The position numbers and the translations under genes are program-made. A DNA stretch of 51,567 nucleotides from Candidatus Microgenomates bacterium (GTDB taxonomy: Bacteria; Patescibacteriota; Microgenomatia; UBA1400; PJMF01). The first letter of the stretch is position 1. Each line of letters starts with the position of its first letter. Positions 35,747-45,680 of the stretch are shown here, one piece after another. Location of the stretch: positions 1 through 51,567 of the forward strand of contig WFRK01000026.1 of NCBI GenBank assembly GCA_015486535.1, read 5' to 3'. Below the pieces are notes generated by a model. The model ran no database searches. It worked only from the letters and a program-made list of their open reading frames with translations, and was not told the origin of the DNA.

Positions 35747-37036
35747 ATGCCTAAATTACAAGTGCGCATCAAGCCGATTATTTTTTTTCTTGGTCTCTTT
35801 TTTCTGAGTGCGTTTACCTACCTGCTTGGGGTGAAACATGTTGGTTTTGCCATTTGGGGAGATAGTCATTATTATTACGCCTATACCAGATCAATAGTGA
35901 TGGATCGTGATATTAATTTCATCAATGAGGCACGCCAGAGAAAATATCCATTCCCAAACGGTCTGAAAATTGTCAAACAAACCGGTTATGCGGCCACTAA
36001 TTTTTCTCCCGGCACCGGTCTATTATGGATACCCGGTTTTCTTATCGGTCAAATGCTGGCGTTTAGTGATCATTGGTTGGGAGGCGCAATTTCCCTGGAC
36101 GGTTACAGTTTAATCACCCAATTAGCCGTGGGGATCAGTACAATCGCCATGAGCGTATTGGGATTATATTTTGTTTTTCTCAGTTTAAAATTATTTTTTG
36201 CCCAAAATATTGCCCTTCTAGCAACGCTCGCTCTATTTTTGACAAGCCAAATTTTTTACTATACCACCATCGATCCAATGAATTCTCATTCAGCTGAGTT
36301 TCTCTTTGCCAGTCTTTGTTTGTGGTTGGTACTCAAACTTAAATTAAATCAACCGAAGCAAAAGATTTCTTTAGCTGTTTTAGGTGTCAGTTTAGGTTTT
36401 TTAAGCATCATTCGCAATCAAGATTTTCTCACTGCCACGGCTTTAATTATTTTTCTTTTTGCCGCTGATTTCCGTTGGCTCTTTTTGCGCCAAAAAAGAC
36501 GGCAATTGTGGCAAAACTTTCTCAATCTTATTTTGCCGCTGATGGCGATTATTGCTATTCAACTTTCATTTACTTGGATTATTTATCGGCAAATTAATAG
36601 TCCTTATCTTATCAATGGGGCTAAATTTGATTGGTTTCATCCGGACATTTTTAGAGTCTTATTCACCGCAAACAATGGTTTCTGGTATTATGCCCCAGCG
36701 ATGTTTTGCGCTCTGATCGGTTTGGGATTTTTCTATGGCAAAGTTTACCATCAATTTAAGCATCCACGGGTATTGAAGCAATTGATCTTGACGAGCTTTG
36801 TTGTTTTTTTATTGCAAGTTTATCTCATTGCTAGTTGGCCGGCGGAAGTTCTCGGTGGTCCTTACGGATCAAGAATGTTCACCGGTACCCTCCCCTTTTT
36901 AAGTTTTGGTCTTGCTTGGTTGATAAATTGGTTCAAAGATAGGTCAAGAAAATGGCAATTTAGTGCCATTGGTTTGTTGATCGCTTTTTTTGTTTGGAAT
37001 GTTTGGCAGATTTATTGGATGTTATTGATTTGGTGA
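35747..37036 (+). CDS. Polytopic membrane protein, GT-C-like glycosyltransferase candidate (paralog B)
   Basis: 429 aa with multiple TM segments. The first-loop motif is WGDSHYYYAYTRSIVMDRDINF. Its 3' end overlaps the convergent gene by 77 nt. Confidence 0.45.
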   Translation: MPKLQVRIKPIIFFLGLFFLSAFTYLLGVKHVGFAIWGDSHYYYAYTRSIVMDRDINFINEARQRKYPFPNGLKIVKQTGYAATNFSPGTGLLWIPGFLIGQMLAFSDHWLGGAISLDGYSLITQLAVGISTIAMSVLGLYFVFLSLKLFFAQNIALLATLALFLTSQIFYYTTIDPMNSHSAEFLFASLCLWLVLKLKLNQPKQKISLAVLGVSLGFLSIIRNQDFLTATALIIFLFAADFRWLFLRQKRRQLWQNFLNLILPLMAIIAIQLSFTWIIYRQINSPYLINGAKFDWFHPDIFRVLFTANNGFWYYAPAMFCALIGLGFFYGKVYHQFKHPRVLKQLILTSFVVFLLQVYLIASWPAEVLGGPYGSRMFTGTLPFLSFGLAWLINWFKDRSRKWQFSAIGLLIAFFVWNVWQIYWMLLIW

Positions 37037-39068
37037 ATTGAGGTCGTAAGCTAAAGGGAGAGATTAATTTAAAGTCGTTATCCCTCGGCCCCATCATCTT
37101 TAGTTCAATTCTTTTGGCACCACCCCAGTTTTTATAGTCTAGTTTTAAATTGTAATCACCGGCCTTAAGTGGAACGGCCCTTGTGACTAAGCGGTCATCG
37201 GATTTGAGTTGCAACACCTTTCTTTGCTGTTGTTTCAGTGTCAGTTCGGCCCAATCGTCGGCAAAAAGACGAAAATAATATTGACCGGTTGATTTTAAGT
37301 GAATAACTCCTTGCCATGAACAATTAAATTGTGGTGCAGCGATCGGTCGATTATCTGACCAAATCAGGTATGGTGTGGCATCGGTGCCAAATCTCTTTTT
37401 TTGATCTAAACCGGAACAGACACGACGAAGACCGAATTGATGATTCTCTGTCGGAGACGGAAGTTGTTTCTGGTCAATCCGAATGAGTAAAATATTCATT
37501 GGTTGATTCACTAAGACTAAATGAGGCCAAATAGATTTGAAGTAAGGTAACAGACTGCGATAATCGGGAGAAAGTATTAAAACCGCCGGCGATTTAATCT
37601 GTTTTTTTAGCTCATCGAGAGAAAATTTGGCTACTTTATTGTCCAGTTGAGCGCGCTGAATCTCATATTGGGTTGATGCATACCAATAATAATCGGCGGA
37701 AAGATAAACGTGAGGGTAAGAGTTTGCTGCTTGTTTTGCTGTCTGAGCAACTCGATATTCAAAGGTACTAAAAGCATTGCCCAAGGTGACTGATGACTGA
37801 GTGAGGCGGATATAAGCGAAGACTCGTTTTAACGGTAGAAAAAAACTAAAGCAGATGAGACTGCTTAAAAGTAAAATTAATTTAATGCTATCAAATTGAT
37901 CTTTTTGCCAAAACTTGTTTTTGATAAAAATGAAAATTTGCCAAAAACCAGTCGCAGCGAGCAGATAAATGGCCGGCAAAATTGGTTGCGAACGAAAGAG
38001 TGAAATCTGCCAACCACTGAGTAAACCGGCCAAAACAGCCGCTAGCATTAGACTGAGAATTAAACTTATCTCTCGCCATCGTTTTGTTTTAATCAAGCCA
38101 AGTAAACCAATTAATGCCAAAGCTAAAGTTGTTGGTGGGAAGGTAGGATAGCGTAGAGGATTATGGCGCAAATTAGGATCGACACCCTGAAAGAAAATTG
38201 AAAACTGTATGCGACTACTCTTCAATAACTGTCTCAGATTGAACTGCCAACCTTGAGAAAAATTAACAATTGATAACTCTCGCGCTCGGCCCCAAAACCC
38301 AAGCGGATCATGCATCGCCGCAATTATTTGAGGGAGCCAGAGAATCATTATAACCAGCCAAAATAGGCAGTTAGCCCGAAGATCAAATAAAGCGTGATTA
38401 GAATTGCGACCATCTCTCTGTCGCCACCACCAATAAAGATGAATCAGACCAAGGCTTAAGGGATAAAATAAGTAGACACGCATACCGACGTAGCTATAGA
38501 GACCGAGAGCAAAACTGATTGCCGCTAGAACAATAAAATAAAAATGTCGTTTTTTTAAACCAAGGTAATAAAACAGAAGACTGAGCCAAACGGTCGTTGT
38601 CATGATAACACTGCCATGCGCCCAGCGACTAAAATTAAGATGAAAAATTGATAAACTCAAAAATGCTAGAGTGACGAGAGCATGTTTTGTGTCGAACATG
38701 CTTTTTGCTAATTTATAAATAATAAGCAGAAGCAACCAACCGACCCCACTCCAGATGAGACGAAAACCGGTTGAAGAAAAATTCATCAAACTTAATGTTA
38801 GTGCCAAAGCGCGAATAAACAGTTCGGGTGTGCCGTACCAACTAAAACCATTCCAAGCAATTACTGGTTGGTGTTGCCAATCTCGCAGAGCAGCTTGAGC
38901 AAGGTTATATTCATCGATGAAGGGTGAAGGAGGAAACGTGCTTAAATGGTAGAGTCTAAGAGCGGTGGCGACAAGCAATAGAATGAGTAACAAGATTGAA
39001 CTCAGTTGGTTCTGCTTTAACTTTTGTTTGATCATCTTTGAGTCGAGGTTGAATCCAATGCGTGCCAC
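36960..39068 (-). CDS. GT-C-like (ArnT/PMT-like) membrane glycosyltransferase candidate fused to a C-terminal PA14-like domain (paralog C)
   Basis: 702 aa with ~12 TM segments. The first-loop acidic motif is PSPFIDEYNLAQAAL. The C-terminal ~150 aa (FNCSWQGVIHLKSTGQYYFRLFADDWAELTL...LKAGDYNLKLDYKNWGGAKRIELKMMGP) match the PA14 pattern. Confidence 0.55.
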   Translation of the reverse strand: MARIGFNLDSKMIKQKLKQNQLSSILLLILLLVATALRLYHLSTFPPSPFIDEYNLAQAALRDWQHQPVIAWNGFSWYGTPELFIRALALTLSLMNFSSTGFRLIWSGVGWLLLLIIYKLAKSMFDTKHALVTLAFLSLSIFHLNFSRWAHGSVIMTTTVWLSLLFYYLGLKKRHFYFIVLAAISFALGLYSYVGMRVYLFYPLSLGLIHLYWWWRQRDGRNSNHALFDLRANCLFWLVIMILWLPQIIAAMHDPLGFWGRARELSIVNFSQGWQFNLRQLLKSSRIQFSIFFQGVDPNLRHNPLRYPTFPPTTLALALIGLLGLIKTKRWREISLILSLMLAAVLAGLLSGWQISLFRSQPILPAIYLLAATGFWQIFIFIKNKFWQKDQFDSIKLILLLSSLICFSFFLPLKRVFAYIRLTQSSVTLGNAFSTFEYRVAQTAKQAANSYPHVYLSADYYWYASTQYEIQRAQLDNKVAKFSLDELKKQIKSPAVLILSPDYRSLLPYFKSIWPHLVLVNQPMNILLIRIDQKQLPSPTENHQFGLRRVCSGLDQKKRFGTDATPYLIWSDNRPIAAPQFNCSWQGVIHLKSTGQYYFRLFADDWAELTLKQQQRKVLQLKSDDRLVTRAVPLKAGDYNLKLDYKNWGGAKRIELKMMGPRDNDFKLISPFSLRPQFTKSITSNKSAKHSKQKKRSTNQWH

Positions 39069-40411
39069 TGGTAGACATTTAGGCTACTACCAGTTTGACT
39101 GATATGTTTCTTTGTAAATTGCAGCCAACGTTCGTATTCATCAAAACTGATGGCTGGTTGGCGTGTGGCCAGACACTCAGTTGAGTTAGTCCAGACGAAA
39201 TAAGTTGTTATATTCCTCTGGACCGTAAAACTAACCAGTAGAAGAACAGAAATAAGCGCCACTTTATCAAGTCGCTTCTGTTTTGCCCATTGATTGAAAG
39301 ATGCAAAATGATGCTCAGCTGATTCCATATAAGTGATGAGAAAATCTAAACCAAGTGCGGCGAAAATATAAACGAGAGGCAAAAGATGAATAAAGCGAGC
39401 GATGTTTGGGGTGTTGAGGCTAAAAAGCTGGATGATGGCTAAATTGGTGAGATAGAATAAACCTATCAGTTGGTGCCGTTTAAAACTGGCGGCGAGACCG
39501 ATGAGATAAAGTAAAACAACCAAAGGTTGAATCAAATAAACCTGATAGGCTAAGGGAGCGTAGCGGTCGTTGAGACCAATGTGAAAGTCTTTGCTGGCAA
39601 AGAAGAGAAAAGCGCGACTATTGTGAAGTAGTTTTGTTGGCCAAGCAGTATTTTTGGCTGATTGATTAAAAATAGAAACATTGTTAATTCGTCCGGTGCT
39701 GTTAATCCAACCACGATTTGAAAGACTAAAGAGTAGTTGCGGCGAAATGAAGAAAAGCGTCATCAGTGAAAGTGCCATCAGCAATGCTAGTTTTATTCTC
39801 AATTTTATTTTGGTCATTAATAGTAACAATAATAATGAAGGAAAAATCAGTTTTCCCGGATGATAAAAATAAAATCCGCTAATACTCGCCAAACTCATAT
39901 AAATTAAACCCTTTTTAAAATGAGTTTTTTTAACAAAATATAAACCAATCAATGCTAAGAGAACCGAGGTGGAGGTGAAAATATTTTCCCAGCCGCTGCG
40001 GGAGAAATAAAGAAAGGTAACATTGGTTGCTAAAAGTAAACTAAAGATAAAAGCAAGCAATCTTTTTTGCGTCATGAGGTAAATGTAAAAGTAGGTTAGT
40101 AGAACAGCAATGCTACTAAAAAAGATAGCTGCTAATCTGACACCTCCAAATGATTGTCCAGCGAGCCGCCAGCTCCAACCAATTAAATTAGCATTCAGGG
40201 AAGGTGCACCGTTCCAATTAACAGTGAAAATAGTTTTGATTGATCCATATTTGTGCCAAGCCATGAAGGTTCTCAAATTATCAATTGCGTCCGGTTGTAA
40301 GTTGGCGGGGATGCTGTTGATGAGATAAAATCGACTGATTAACGTCACTGTCATCAAGATAATTGCCAATCCCCAAAATTTCACCGGAGAAGAAAACTTA
40401 ATTGATCGCAT
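39032..40411 (-). CDS. Polytopic membrane protein, GT-C-like glycosyltransferase candidate (paralog D)
   Basis: 459 aa with many TM segments. The first loop is ANLQPDAIDNLRTFMAW. Its stop overlaps the start of paralog C by 37 nt. Confidence 0.45.
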   Translation of the reverse strand: MRSIKFSSPVKFWGLAIILMTVTLISRFYLINSIPANLQPDAIDNLRTFMAWHKYGSIKTIFTVNWNGAPSLNANLIGWSWRLAGQSFGGVRLAAIFFSSIAVLLTYFYIYLMTQKRLLAFIFSLLLATNVTFLYFSRSGWENIFTSTSVLLALIGLYFVKKTHFKKGLIYMSLASISGFYFYHPGKLIFPSLLLLLLMTKIKLRIKLALLMALSLMTLFFISPQLLFSLSNRGWINSTGRINNVSIFNQSAKNTAWPTKLLHNSRAFLFFASKDFHIGLNDRYAPLAYQVYLIQPLVVLLYLIGLAASFKRHQLIGLFYLTNLAIIQLFSLNTPNIARFIHLLPLVYIFAALGLDFLITYMESAEHHFASFNQWAKQKRLDKVALISVLLLVSFTVQRNITTYFVWTNSTECLATRQPAISFDEYERWLQFTKKHISQTGSSLNVYQWHALDSTSTQR

Positions 40412-40414
40412 GGT

Positions 40415-42124
40415 TTACTTATTGTTTATTTTTTTAAAAATCAACACTTGAGGATGATCATAAACCGTGAATGATTCATCAGCTTGATTATCATTCAGTT
40501 TTATCCGCACCACACCGAAATCCAAAATCGGTTGATAATCAAATGTGGCTACTTTTTTGAAATTCAACTGTCCTTTAAATAGTCGTTGGTAGTATTGGGC
40601 CGTTTTAAGATAACATTTGCGATATTTTTGGCAATTATTCAATCTCATCAAAGGAACAAAAAGTCTTTTTGAAGCAATAATAATATAATCGGCCTGATTT
40701 AACCGACCATCGATCAACTGCCATTTTTTTGCATCATCCGGCAATTCATAGAGCGGTAAAGTGACGAAACGATATCGGGCTGAACCGCGGATAGGTAAAC
40801 GGTCGTCCCAATGTTCAACGGCTAGCGTCGATCCCGAAGGAATATGATTTAAAATCCAACGAGTGGCTTGAACGCGTGTTTGCGGTTGAAAATACATTTT
40901 TAAAAAAGCACTGGTCCAGATTGCGCTTAGTAAAAGAAGGAGCATGATAATTAATCTTTTCCAGCGCCAATTGAGTTGTTTACTGTGACTGAGAAAGTAA
41001 TCCAGACTAAAACTCGCTAAAATAGCCAAGAAGGGATAAATGGGTAGGAGGTAGCGCATAAATTTAACGGCAGAGCGCCCGATTACAAGAAAATAAATCA
41101 GATAGATTAAAGTCATAGCTAATAGAGGATCAACTAAAATGTGTCTGACGGAAGCTTTTTTTTGCCATAATAATTGAAATTTGTGTCCCATAACGAATAG
41201 GCCTCCCAAACTCAAAGAAGCGATGATCGGGCCTGCTCCCCACCAGAAAATATTTTTTAAATAATAAAGATAAGCTGTCGTGCCAACATATTGCAGGGTG
41301 TAAGGGAAAATATAGGCATTTTGATTCATTTCCATTTGCGCCCCGACCTGTCGCACAAATTCCGACCAGTGCAGTAGACCATAGGGTATAAAAACGAAAA
41401 AACTACCCAATCCTAAAAGAATAAATATCTGAGTGATGAGGGTAATTTGCTTCCAGAGCCGACGTTTGTTTGGCCAAAACTCTTCTACTTGTTTAGCGTA
41501 AATAATCATCAACATGGGGAGAATAAGCACCAAAGCACTCACTTTTGTTGCCAGCATGGCACTCATTGTCACCGTCAATAATATTACTTTGGCAAAAGAT
41601 GGTTTGATCAGATAAGCAATAAGAATAAAAATACTTAAGGTGAGAAAGAAATTTAGGAAATTATCGACGATGAAAAAATTACTATTTTGGATCGGGAAAA
41701 ACATTAAAGTATAAAAAAGGAGCGCGAAATAAGGCATTAACTTTTTTTGACTGATTTTTTTCACAATTAGGAATACAAAAATGGCCGTAGTTATGTCCAA
41801 TAAACTGACAAGTACCCGTCCGACTGAAAGTGCCCCATCGTAATTATCTAGTCTCACTTGAAAAAGGAACTCACCACCTTGAGTAGTTGCCTTGAGAATA
41901 TAAAGCGGGAGTGAACCATAGGCAAAGAAATTTGGATCGAGACGATCAAAAAAATGCAAGCGATTATTAAGCATCATGAGCCAGCGTTCGTCAGGATGAA
42001 GATGGAGGTTCGAATCATAGTGATTGCCTAAGAAACGAGTGAAGACAAGCAAAATGAGCATCAGCGCTAGAGCGAGCTTGTACCTTAAATGAGTATTTGA
42101 GGGTGAAGAGTTCTTTTCAGGCAT
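40415..42124 (-). CDS. Polytopic membrane protein, GT-C-like glycosyltransferase candidate (paralog E)
   Basis: 569 aa. The first-loop motif is LHLHPDERWLMMLNN. It has more than 10 TM segments and a C-terminal soluble domain. It ends 3 nt before paralog D. Confidence 0.45.
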   Translation of the reverse strand: MPEKNSSPSNTHLRYKLALALMLILLVFTRFLGNHYDSNLHLHPDERWLMMLNNRLHFFDRLDPNFFAYGSLPLYILKATTQGGEFLFQVRLDNYDGALSVGRVLVSLLDITTAIFVFLIVKKISQKKLMPYFALLFYTLMFFPIQNSNFFIVDNFLNFFLTLSIFILIAYLIKPSFAKVILLTVTMSAMLATKVSALVLILPMLMIIYAKQVEEFWPNKRRLWKQITLITQIFILLGLGSFFVFIPYGLLHWSEFVRQVGAQMEMNQNAYIFPYTLQYVGTTAYLYYLKNIFWWGAGPIIASLSLGGLFVMGHKFQLLWQKKASVRHILVDPLLAMTLIYLIYFLVIGRSAVKFMRYLLPIYPFLAILASFSLDYFLSHSKQLNWRWKRLIIMLLLLLSAIWTSAFLKMYFQPQTRVQATRWILNHIPSGSTLAVEHWDDRLPIRGSARYRFVTLPLYELPDDAKKWQLIDGRLNQADYIIIASKRLFVPLMRLNNCQKYRKCYLKTAQYYQRLFKGQLNFKKVATFDYQPILDFGVVRIKLNDNQADESFTVYDHPQVLIFKKINNK

Positions 42125-42201
42125 TGACGTTATCGAGTAGTTTATTTGTTAATTGGTTGATTTAATTTTTTAAGTTTAATAGCTGCGGTAATAATTCAAT
42201 A

Positions 42202-43083
42202 TTAAAAATTTTTCCGGGCATAACGCGCACTAATCCAACCCAGATTTTGATTCTTCTCGCCGAAACGAATTTGATACCAACCCTTTTGTTCTCCGAGATA
42301 GGGATATTTTTTACCTGATAAAACAAAACCGATTACCGGACTAGATTGAGTATGGTCGCGTCTTACTTTTAATCCTTCTTGATTTTGCTGAAAAAAATGA
42401 GTGGTTAAAATAGTTAATTTCTTTTCGGTCGTCGATGATTTTTTTTGATTAGACCGAACTGTTGGTGTTGGTCGCTGATTTAATTGATTTTTTCTTTCAG
42501 ATGATTGATCGGCCACTGTTTTGGCAAGTTTAATGATCGCATTAATTTTATAACCGGCGACCAGATTTAAAGTGTGACTTTGAGTTTCATATGATGGTGC
42601 AGTGATTTGATACTGGTGTTGTCCTGGGGCGATATTTTTAATTAGTAGGGGGGTTAAATCTTTTTTCTTGCCATCGACATCAATAATGGCCTTATCAGGT
42701 ACGCTCATAAAGTTGATTTCGGCCTGACCACTATGAATCAATTTTTCCATTTCATAGATAACACCGCCACTTGTTTCGCTTGTTTTACCGGCGTGCCAAG
42801 TGACGACCGTGATTGTGCCAGGGTGAAGGGTGACTTCAGTATCGTAGCTAGCTAAAGCGGTGTCATCCGGTCGGATGCTTAAAGTATAATTGCCCGGCTT
42901 GAGATTCTTATCAATCAGCGGTGTGTGGTCAAAATATTGATCGTTAATAAAAACAGAAGCCGATTTATCACCGGTAATTACCTGTAAGCCCGCTTTAGCC
43001 GCTTTAGTGAGCTGGAGACCAAAAATAATCGCACCCAAGAAAAGCGTTACCGAGAGTAAAATCAAAAGAATTTTCCACTTCAT
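42202..43083 (-). CDS. Membrane-anchored protein with two PEGA-like domains and a C-terminal SH3b-like domain
   Basis: 293 aa with an N-terminal TM segment. PEGA-like repeats are VFINDQYFDHTPLIDKNLKPGNYTLSI and AIIDVDGKKKDLTPLLIKNIAPGQHQYQI. A polar linker follows. The SH3-like end is LKVRRDHTQSSPVIGFVLSGKKYPYLGEQKGWYQIRF. Confidence 0.55.
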   Translation of the reverse strand: MKWKILLILLSVTLFLGAIIFGLQLTKAAKAGLQVITGDKSASVFINDQYFDHTPLIDKNLKPGNYTLSIRPDDTALASYDTEVTLHPGTITVVTWHAGKTSETSGGVIYEMEKLIHSGQAEINFMSVPDKAIIDVDGKKKDLTPLLIKNIAPGQHQYQITAPSYETQSHTLNLVAGYKINAIIKLAKTVADQSSERKNQLNQRPTPTVRSNQKKSSTTEKKLTILTTHFFQQNQEGLKVRRDHTQSSPVIGFVLSGKKYPYLGEQKGWYQIRFGEKNQNLGWISARYARKNF

Positions 43084-43093
43084 GCTTCTTAGT

Positions 43094-45469
43094 TTAGCAT
43101 TTTTTGTTTGGCTTTACTAAGGCACGATCAAGCACTTCGCTCATTTGTTTGACGGGAATGAATTGGATGTGTTTTTTTACCGTTGTTGGGATGTCAACTA
43201 AATCTCTTTCATTATCAGCTGGAATAAGAATGGTGGTAATACCTGCCTGATGAGCAGCAATACTTTTTTCCTTCAAACCGCCGATGCGAAGAATTCGTCC
43301 ACGCAAAGTGATTTCACCGGTCATCGCTACATTTTGGCGTACCGGTTGTTGAGTGAAGGCGGAAACAATAGCGGTGGCAATGGTGATGCCAGCCGAAGGA
43401 CCATCTTTGGGCACCGCTCCTTCGGGTACATGAATATGAACATCCGTCTTCTGGATTTTCTCTTCATCAATTTTCAATTGACTGGCGTGCGCTTTCACAT
43501 AAGTGAGTGCTGCTTGAGCCGATTCCTTCATCACGTCACCTAATTTACCGGTCAATTTGACAACGCCTTTACCTTTAGTTAAGGCCACTTCAATAAACAA
43601 GATTTCTCCACCAACCCGTGTCCAAGCAAGCCCGGTCGCCTGACCGACAAGGGCTTCATTTTCCGCCACTTCACGATCAAATTTTTCCGGTCCCAGTTCT
43701 TGTTTCACCAATTCTTTGGTTAAGACGACTTTTTTTGTGACTTTATTTTCAACAATTTTGCGGGCGACTTTGCGCATTAAACTATTGAGTAATCTCTCTA
43801 ATTCTCTTACCCCTGCTTCGCGACTGTAACGCTGGATGAGAAATTTAATCGTTTCATCTTTAATATTAACTTGAGTGGCAGACAGACCGTTAGTTGAGCG
43901 CGCTTTTTTGACGAGATATTTTTTAGCAATCTGAAATTTTTCCGCTTCGGTATAGCCTGAATAACGAATAATTTCCAAGCGATCTCTCAAGGCTGAAGGA
44001 ATAGTGTCTAAAGTATTGGCGGTGGTAATAAACATCACATTTGACAAATCAAACGGCACATCAAGATAATGGTCTTCGAAATGAACATTTTGTTCCGGGT
44101 CTAAAGCTTCCAACAAAGCGGAAGCGGGATCGCCTTTATAGTCATTACCGACTTTGTCAATTTCGTCAAGCATGAAAACGGGGTTATTTGTGCCCGCTTG
44201 CTTAATCCCCTTGATAATTCTCCCGGGCATAGCGCCAACATAGGTACGCCGATGACCGCGAATCTCCGCTTCATCTCGAATGCCACCGAGAGAAATTTTG
44301 ACAAATTTACGCCCCAAACTTTGAGCGATCGATTGGCCAATACTCGTTTTACCGACCCCAGGTGGACCGACAAAACAAAGAATATTGGGATTTTTGCCAC
44401 TTTCTTTTTTTTGTTTTTGTTTCAATTGCAGCACGGCAATATATTCCATGATCCGATCTTTCACCTTTTTCAGACCATAATGACTCTTGTTCAACACTTG
44501 CGCCGCTTTGGTTAGATTGGGTGTATTTTTTGATTTTTTATCCCAAGGTAAACTTAAAATAGTTTCTAACCAACTCTGGATATAACCGGCTTCAGGGTTA
44601 TGAGGTGACATTCGTTCTAGTTTTTTAATTTCTTTTTGGATTTTTTCTTTTGTTTCCTGAGGCAGTTTAATCTTTTTTAATTTTTTTGTGTACTCGCCGA
44701 TCATTGTTTCTTCGTCTCCCAGTTCCCCTAATTCTTTTTGAATCGTGTGCATCCGTTCTCGCAGAACATTCTCTCTCATGTGTTTGTCAAATTTTTGCTG
44801 TGTCTTATTAACGACATCTTTTTCAATTTCGATAACCTTGATTTCTTCCGCCAATTTATGAGAAACAAAAAGCATCCTTTCTTTCAAATGAACCATCTCC
44901 AGTAGTGCCTGTTTTTCTTTTGTTTGCAAATTAAGCGTACTGGCAATCTGATCGGTTAATTCACTAGCGCGAATATCTCCCATGAGTCGCATAAAATTAA
45001 GGAATTCCACCGGCTTGCCAACTTTGATAGCGCGCTGAAATTCCTTTTGGAGATGATGAAAAAGAGCTTTAATCTCATCAGTTTCTTCAATTCCGATTTC
45101 ATCTCTAACGATTTCAGCTTCAACTAGAATAATTGGACTGAGTTGAATAAATCGTTTAATTTTCACTCGCTCCATTCCCCTAACCAGGGCATTAGTTGCT
45201 TGATCAGTTTTAAATTTTTTTTCTATCTTGGACAAAACACCAAAATGATAAAGATCCGCAGCGGTCGGATTGTCAATTCGCCCATCTTTTTGCGTAAGTA
45301 AAATGACTTGAGAATTAAAACCGGTAAGACGGTCGAGGACATTAAGTGAAACTGGTCGACCGAAAGTCAAAATTGATTCTGTGTGAGGAAATAAAACTCC
45401 CTGCCGGACGGGAATGACCGGTAGGATTTCCAGGCTTTTTTTTAGTGTTTGATCAGTTTTTTTTGGCAT
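43094..45469 (-). CDS. lon: ATP-dependent Lon protease (LonA)
   Basis: 791 aa. An N-terminal LON domain is followed by Walker [10 protein letters not shown] and the protease Ser site [12 protein letters not shown]. Confidence 0.95.
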   Translation of the reverse strand: MPKKTDQTLKKSLEILPVIPVRQGVLFPHTESILTFGRPVSLNVLDRLTGFNSQVILLTQKDGRIDNPTAADLYHFGVLSKIEKKFKTDQATNALVRGMERVKIKRFIQLSPIILVEAEIVRDEIGIEETDEIKALFHHLQKEFQRAIKVGKPVEFLNFMRLMGDIRASELTDQIASTLNLQTKEKQALLEMVHLKERMLFVSHKLAEEIKVIEIEKDVVNKTQQKFDKHMRENVLRERMHTIQKELGELGDEETMIGEYTKKLKKIKLPQETKEKIQKEIKKLERMSPHNPEAGYIQSWLETILSLPWDKKSKNTPNLTKAAQVLNKSHYGLKKVKDRIMEYIAVLQLKQKQKKESGKNPNILCFVGPPGVGKTSIGQSIAQSLGRKFVKISLGGIRDEAEIRGHRRTYVGAMPGRIIKGIKQAGTNNPVFMLDEIDKVGNDYKGDPASALLEALDPEQNVHFEDHYLDVPFDLSNVMFITTANTLDTIPSALRDRLEIIRYSGYTEAEKFQIAKKYLVKKARSTNGLSATQVNIKDETIKFLIQRYSREAGVRELERLLNSLMRKVARKIVENKVTKKVVLTKELVKQELGPEKFDREVAENEALVGQATGLAWTRVGGEILFIEVALTKGKGVVKLTGKLGDVMKESAQAALTYVKAHASQLKIDEEKIQKTDVHIHVPEGAVPKDGPSAGITIATAIVSAFTQQPVRQNVAMTGEITLRGRILRIGGLKEKSIAAHQAGITTILIPADNERDLVDIPTTVKKHIQFIPVKQMSEVLDRALVKPNKKC

Positions 45470-45572
45470 CTAAATTTGTTAATTTGAGGCGTATTCATTT
45501 TTTACGAACGGATAATGCCTCGATGGAAACTCGCCTATGAACTTGAAGCGATTTAAGGCCGTCAATTTAAAT

Positions 45573-45649
45573 TGGTGGGTGATCCTGGACTCGAACCAGG
45601 GACCCCTATCTTATCAGGATAGTACTCTAACCAGCTGAGCTAATCACCC
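45573..45649 (-). tRNA. tRNA-Ile (anticodon GAT), CCA encoded
   Basis: The reverse complement folds with acceptor GGGTGAT/ATCACCC, anticodon stem CTATC/GATAG with loop CTGATAA, T-arm CCTGG-TTCGAGT-CCAGG and discriminator A plus CCA. Confidence 0.9.
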
Positions 45650-45680
45650 ATTTATTACGGCCACTGCCAACATTTTTAAT

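Noticed and set aside
45470-45572. Second CIRCE or heat-shock operator upstream of lon
   Set aside because: There is no TTAGCA...TGCTAA-type inverted repeat. Only a weak 5-bp GAGGC/GCCTC hairpin is present, which is not convincing.
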